Assembly: GCA_963675595.2 (NCBI GenBank)
Contig: CAXXLZ010000001.1
Span: 1,664,001-1,728,000, forward strand
Direction of reading: 5' to 3'
Length of the DNA stretch: 64,000 bases
From: Thermodesulfobacteriota bacterium
Lineage (GTDB): Bacteria; Desulfobacterota; Desulfarculia; JACQYL01
Positions 60,784 to 64,000 of the stretch are shown piece by piece. Position 1 is the first letter of the stretch. Each line of letters starts with the position of its first letter. Made by a program: the position numbers and the translations under genes. The notes beneath the pieces were generated by a model. The model was given only the letters and a program-made list of their open reading frames with translations. It made no database searches and had not been told where the DNA came from.

Positions 60784-61887
60784 ATGCGATCCACGAAGTG
60801 GTTTTTCCCCTTCCTCTTCTGCTTTCTTTTCCTCAGCGGTTGCGGCAAGCTCCACCAAGTTCGTATTGAAGACTCTCCACAGCAGCATTTCCGGAACGGA
60901 ATGACCTTTCTGGCATGGGGTAAAACCTCCGAAGCCGAAAGGGAATTCGCCGATGTGCTCCGCTTGGACCCCAACCACTCAATGGCGTTTTCGGCACTGG
61001 GCATCATCGCTTCCCGGAACCGTCATTTTCTCAGGGCGCGTTTGAGCCTCTCCCAAGCGGGCGCCCTGGCTCAAGAGCCGTCGAGTCGGGCATGGGTTCA
61101 CTGCGCATACATTGTGCTCCATACGGAACAACAGGGACCGGAGTGGTTGTCTAAAGCTTCATCGGAGTATGAAAAGGCGACCCGATTGCTGCCGGGAAGC
61201 GGTGATCCCCACTTTTTGATGGGACTGGCTCTCAAATCGGCCCACCGGTTTTCCGAGGCGGAGAAGCAGCTTCGTGAGGCCTCGGATATGGAGGGATATT
61301 TCTCTGCACTCGCAGCATCCGAGGCGGACATGGTACGTCGAATTCAGCAGGCGGCCCCCAAGAGCGAGGTCACAAATCGGATCGCTTTACTTTCCAAACT
61401 CAGAAGGGTTGATCTCGCCGAACTTCTCGTACACGAATTTCGCCTGCGGAGCCTCGCGCCTCTCGGCATGTCGGTCGCCACGCCGAAAAAGGCTCCGGTT
61501 GTGGACATGGAAGGATCGGAACACGGTGAAGACATACGATTTGTGGCCTCACTGGACCTCGAAGGACTGCGGACTTACCCGGACGGAACTTTCCGCCCCC
61601 TCGAATCGGTCACACGGGGGGAATTGGCTCAGGTGCTCTTCGCCCTTTCCGAAATCGTCCACTTGAATGCGGATGTGATTAAGGCGGGGAAAGTCAAAGT
61701 CGTGCCTTTCTCCGATGTCCATGAAGACAGCCCGTACCGTGAGGCAGTGTATACGCTTGCGGCTTGGGGCATCATGGGGCCGGTCAACGAAAGGACCGGA
61801 GAATTCGATCCGTTGGGACACGTTTCCGGCCCGGAAACCCTGGACGCCTTAATGAAGTTCAGGGCACTCATCACCACGTCTGAATGA
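60784..61887 (+). CDS. TPR and S-layer-homology domain lipoprotein
   Basis: Lipobox LSGC; TPRs; YPDGTFRP...TRGELA and FSDV SLH motifs. Confidence 0.83.
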   Translation: MRSTKWFFPFLFCFLFLSGCGKLHQVRIEDSPQQHFRNGMTFLAWGKTSEAEREFADVLRLDPNHSMAFSALGIIASRNRHFLRARLSLSQAGALAQEPSSRAWVHCAYIVLHTEQQGPEWLSKASSEYEKATRLLPGSGDPHFLMGLALKSAHRFSEAEKQLREASDMEGYFSALAASEADMVRRIQQAAPKSEVTNRIALLSKLRRVDLAELLVHEFRLRSLAPLGMSVATPKKAPVVDMEGSEHGEDIRFVASLDLEGLRTYPDGTFRPLESVTRGELAQVLFALSEIVHLNADVIKAGKVKVVPFSDVHEDSPYREAVYTLAAWGIMGPVNERTGEFDPLGHVSGPETLDALMKFRALITTSE

Positions 61888-61920
61888 ATATCATCAACCT
61901 AATGGAATACAACCCACACA

Positions 61921-62538
61921 ATGTTCCGAAAAAATCGACAAAACGCAGATAATCGACCGAAGGGAGAAAAGCTGGGGCTGCTTTCCTACATGGGGAGCTT
62001 CGCCATGTTCTACCTAATTCTCATCGCCCTGACGGGAATCCCTCTCCTCGTGGTCTTAGTGGTCTTCCTTATTCGTACAATCATGGATTTCCGTGTCTGG
62101 ATCATCCTGGGCACGCTTATCACATTGGTCGGACTCGCCTTGCTGATTTTCCGACACAGAAAACGGATTGGAAGACGCATCGACGAAGAGAAGCAGGACG
62201 TTATGGAAGTGATCCGCGCCGCAGCTCAAGAAGGTCACGACGTGAACATCTCCTTCATGCACGGACTCGTTCGCATCGACTATAAAGGGGACGCGGGAAA
62301 GACCCGTTGGCTTGAAGCGCCCTCCGACGGGCCGAAAAAGGCTCTCCCCATGCCCACCGGCCACGCCGTGCACCAGACGCCGATCATCGACTCGATGTCT
62401 TCCGGGGATGTTGAACGCACAAGCATCACCGAAGAGTTGGAGAGACTAAACGGTTTGTTCCTGAGAGGAATCGTGACCAGGGAAGAATTCGACGAACTCA
62501 AGGCCCGCCTCCTTCGGGAGCCGGAGCCGCATGGCTGA
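61921..62538 (+). CDS. Membrane protein with C-terminal SHOCT domain
   Basis: Two TM segments; ELERLNGLFLRGIVTREEFDELKARLL. Confidence 0.8.
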   Translation: MFRKNRQNADNRPKGEKLGLLSYMGSFAMFYLILIALTGIPLLVVLVVFLIRTIMDFRVWIILGTLITLVGLALLIFRHRKRIGRRIDEEKQDVMEVIRAAAQEGHDVNISFMHGLVRIDYKGDAGKTRWLEAPSDGPKKALPMPTGHAVHQTPIIDSMSSGDVERTSITEELERLNGLFLRGIVTREEFDELKARLLREPEPHG

Positions 62539-62708
62539 AATGCCGGAACATGCCCCTGCGCGGTCGGTGAAGACCGTCGGGAAACCCATCACCATCGAGC
62601 TCCCGACGATTTCATAATGTCCGGAGCGCAGCGCCGCCGAGCGACCCGGTTCGGCCGGAAGCGAAGCCCGGCAGTACGGACTCCCGGCCTGAGAACGATA
62701 ATTCATTC

Positions 62709-63746
62709 ATGAAAACCGACTACATCGAGATTCAGCCCAGTCTAGTCAACTTCTACATTGATTTTCCCATCTACATCATCCATCCAAAGGAAGACAAACT
62801 AGTACGCTTTCTTCCCAGAAAGGACGAATACGCCAGGAAGGCCATCGATGAAATGGTCTCCCGGGGCATCAAGGTTTACGTCAGACTTGTCGACCATCAC
62901 CATCGGAGCGAAGTCATTGAGGCCAATCTGGCCGAATTCCTCAAAGGCCCTTTCAATCAAGAGAAAGCCGCAGTTATCAGGGACCTGACAATCCAGTTGG
63001 TCAACGAATTCTTCGCTGGAAGGTTGTCGAAAGACAGAGATCAAACGGTGGATTCTTCGGCCCTCAAGCGCATGGACGAGATTGTGGGCCATTATGTGCG
63101 TTTACTCGACCTCGAAAACGCTCAAGACGTATTGAAAATGCTCCAACGGGTCATGGTGAAGGATTTCTCGACCACGGCACACTCGGTCAATCTCATGCTG
63201 CTTGTGATCCGCTTTCGCGGCCGAGAGAGAGAAAGGTTGTATCCGGTCCGAGCCGTGCCGGATGAAATGGTATCCAACCGGGGGCAAATCCGGGAGGAGA
63301 TTCACTGGGAAGATCGAAGGTGGGCGTTGGCCGCCCTGCTTCACGACATAGGCAAGATTTACGTACCGGATGAAATCGTCAAGTCTCGTAGAAAGCTGAC
63401 TCCCCGAGAGTTCAAGTTGATGCAGCAACATGTGGAGTTCGGATGGGAGTTCGTTCGCTCGGCGGGACTGAGATACGGTTACAACGACGTGGTTCGCAGC
63501 GCGATACTGGAACACCATGAAAGGCTGGATGGTTCGGGCTATCCTTTGAAGCTCACCAATGTCGGCACTGTGGGGCAAGTGATGGGTATTCTGGACGCCT
63601 ACGAAACCTTGACCACGCCCAACCGCCCGCACAACAAGGGCAGCACACCCTTCGAGGCTCTGATTGCCCTGAAAAAAGACACCCAGGAAGGTAAATTCGA
63701 CTCAGTGCTATTCAAAAAGATCGTCGAGCTACTGGCCCAGGACTGA
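62709..63746 (+). CDS. HD-GYP domain phosphohydrolase (probable cyclic dinucleotide phosphodiesterase)
   Basis: HSVN, LLHDIGK, HHERLDGSGYP, D.YETLT..RP. Confidence 0.88.
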   Translation: MKTDYIEIQPSLVNFYIDFPIYIIHPKEDKLVRFLPRKDEYARKAIDEMVSRGIKVYVRLVDHHHRSEVIEANLAEFLKGPFNQEKAAVIRDLTIQLVNEFFAGRLSKDRDQTVDSSALKRMDEIVGHYVRLLDLENAQDVLKMLQRVMVKDFSTTAHSVNLMLLVIRFRGRERERLYPVRAVPDEMVSNRGQIREEIHWEDRRWALAALLHDIGKIYVPDEIVKSRRKLTPREFKLMQQHVEFGWEFVRSAGLRYGYNDVVRSAILEHHERLDGSGYPLKLTNVGTVGQVMGILDAYETLTTPNRPHNKGSTPFEALIALKKDTQEGKFDSVLFKKIVELLAQD

Positions 63747-63869
63747 TGGGCCGGTTTCCTCATCCGTCACGCCTTTCCCGATCTCTCGCATAAGCGGTCC
63801 AAGAGGCACCCGGCCGCCGATAAGTTAAATAGAGAACCGCCGGCGCTTCGGGGGCTCCTTTCGAGACCG

Positions 63870-64000
63870 TCAAATCGGCGGAGCGATGGTCACGATGACC
63901 CGCATGTTCGTCCGCGCTCGAACACCGTGAGGTTCTGAAATCTCCGAGATGAGCACATCGCCGGGTCTCGCCGGCAAGGTTGCATTGTCCTTGCCCAGGA
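63870..64000 (-). CDS. Cupin-domain protein, C-terminal fragment at window edge
   Basis: Manual translation LGKDNATLPARPGDVLISEISEPHGVRARTNMRVIVTIAPPI* (PGD...PH cupin motif 2). Confidence 0.7.
   Translation of the reverse strand, partial: LGKDNATLPARPGDVLISEISEPHGVRARTNMRVIVTIAPPI

Overview
64 kb of GC-rich chromosome. Gene content suggests a Desulfobacterota/Syntrophobacteria-like anaerobe (inference). Left to right: partial ftsH and ldh; a hairpin-rich intergenic repeat; a clan-A glycoside hydrolase split by one in-frame TAA; a GMC oxidoreductase; otsB; a USP gene with a sigma54 promoter; a small Cys-rich secreted protein; a large multidomain S8 protease. Next come a tightly coupled redox operon (GltD/NfnB-like flavoprotein-ferredoxin fusion, atypical FAD oxidoreductase, 2-oxoacid:ferredoxin oxidoreductase alpha/beta, Cache protein), a MerR-HTH/TPR protein with a metallophosphoesterase, a secreted FGE-sulfatase-domain protein and a hybrid kinase. 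A complete Tad/Flp pilus locus follows, headed by three tandem pilins with identical mature sequence, a sigma54 promoter and a sigma54 response regulator, then a 1753-aa double FG-GAP propeller/DUF11 surface protein and a MITE. The right part has an AI-2E transporter, a Pat-like acyl-CoA ligase/GNAT, treY, tupABC, pgi-glk, an unusual tail-to-tail pomA/pomB (motA/motB) stator pair, TPR-SLH and SHOCT proteins, an HD-GYP protein and a partial cupin. No rRNA, tRNA, CRISPR array, transposase, integrase or reverse transcriptase was seen. All calls come from reading motifs by eye; no searches were run.
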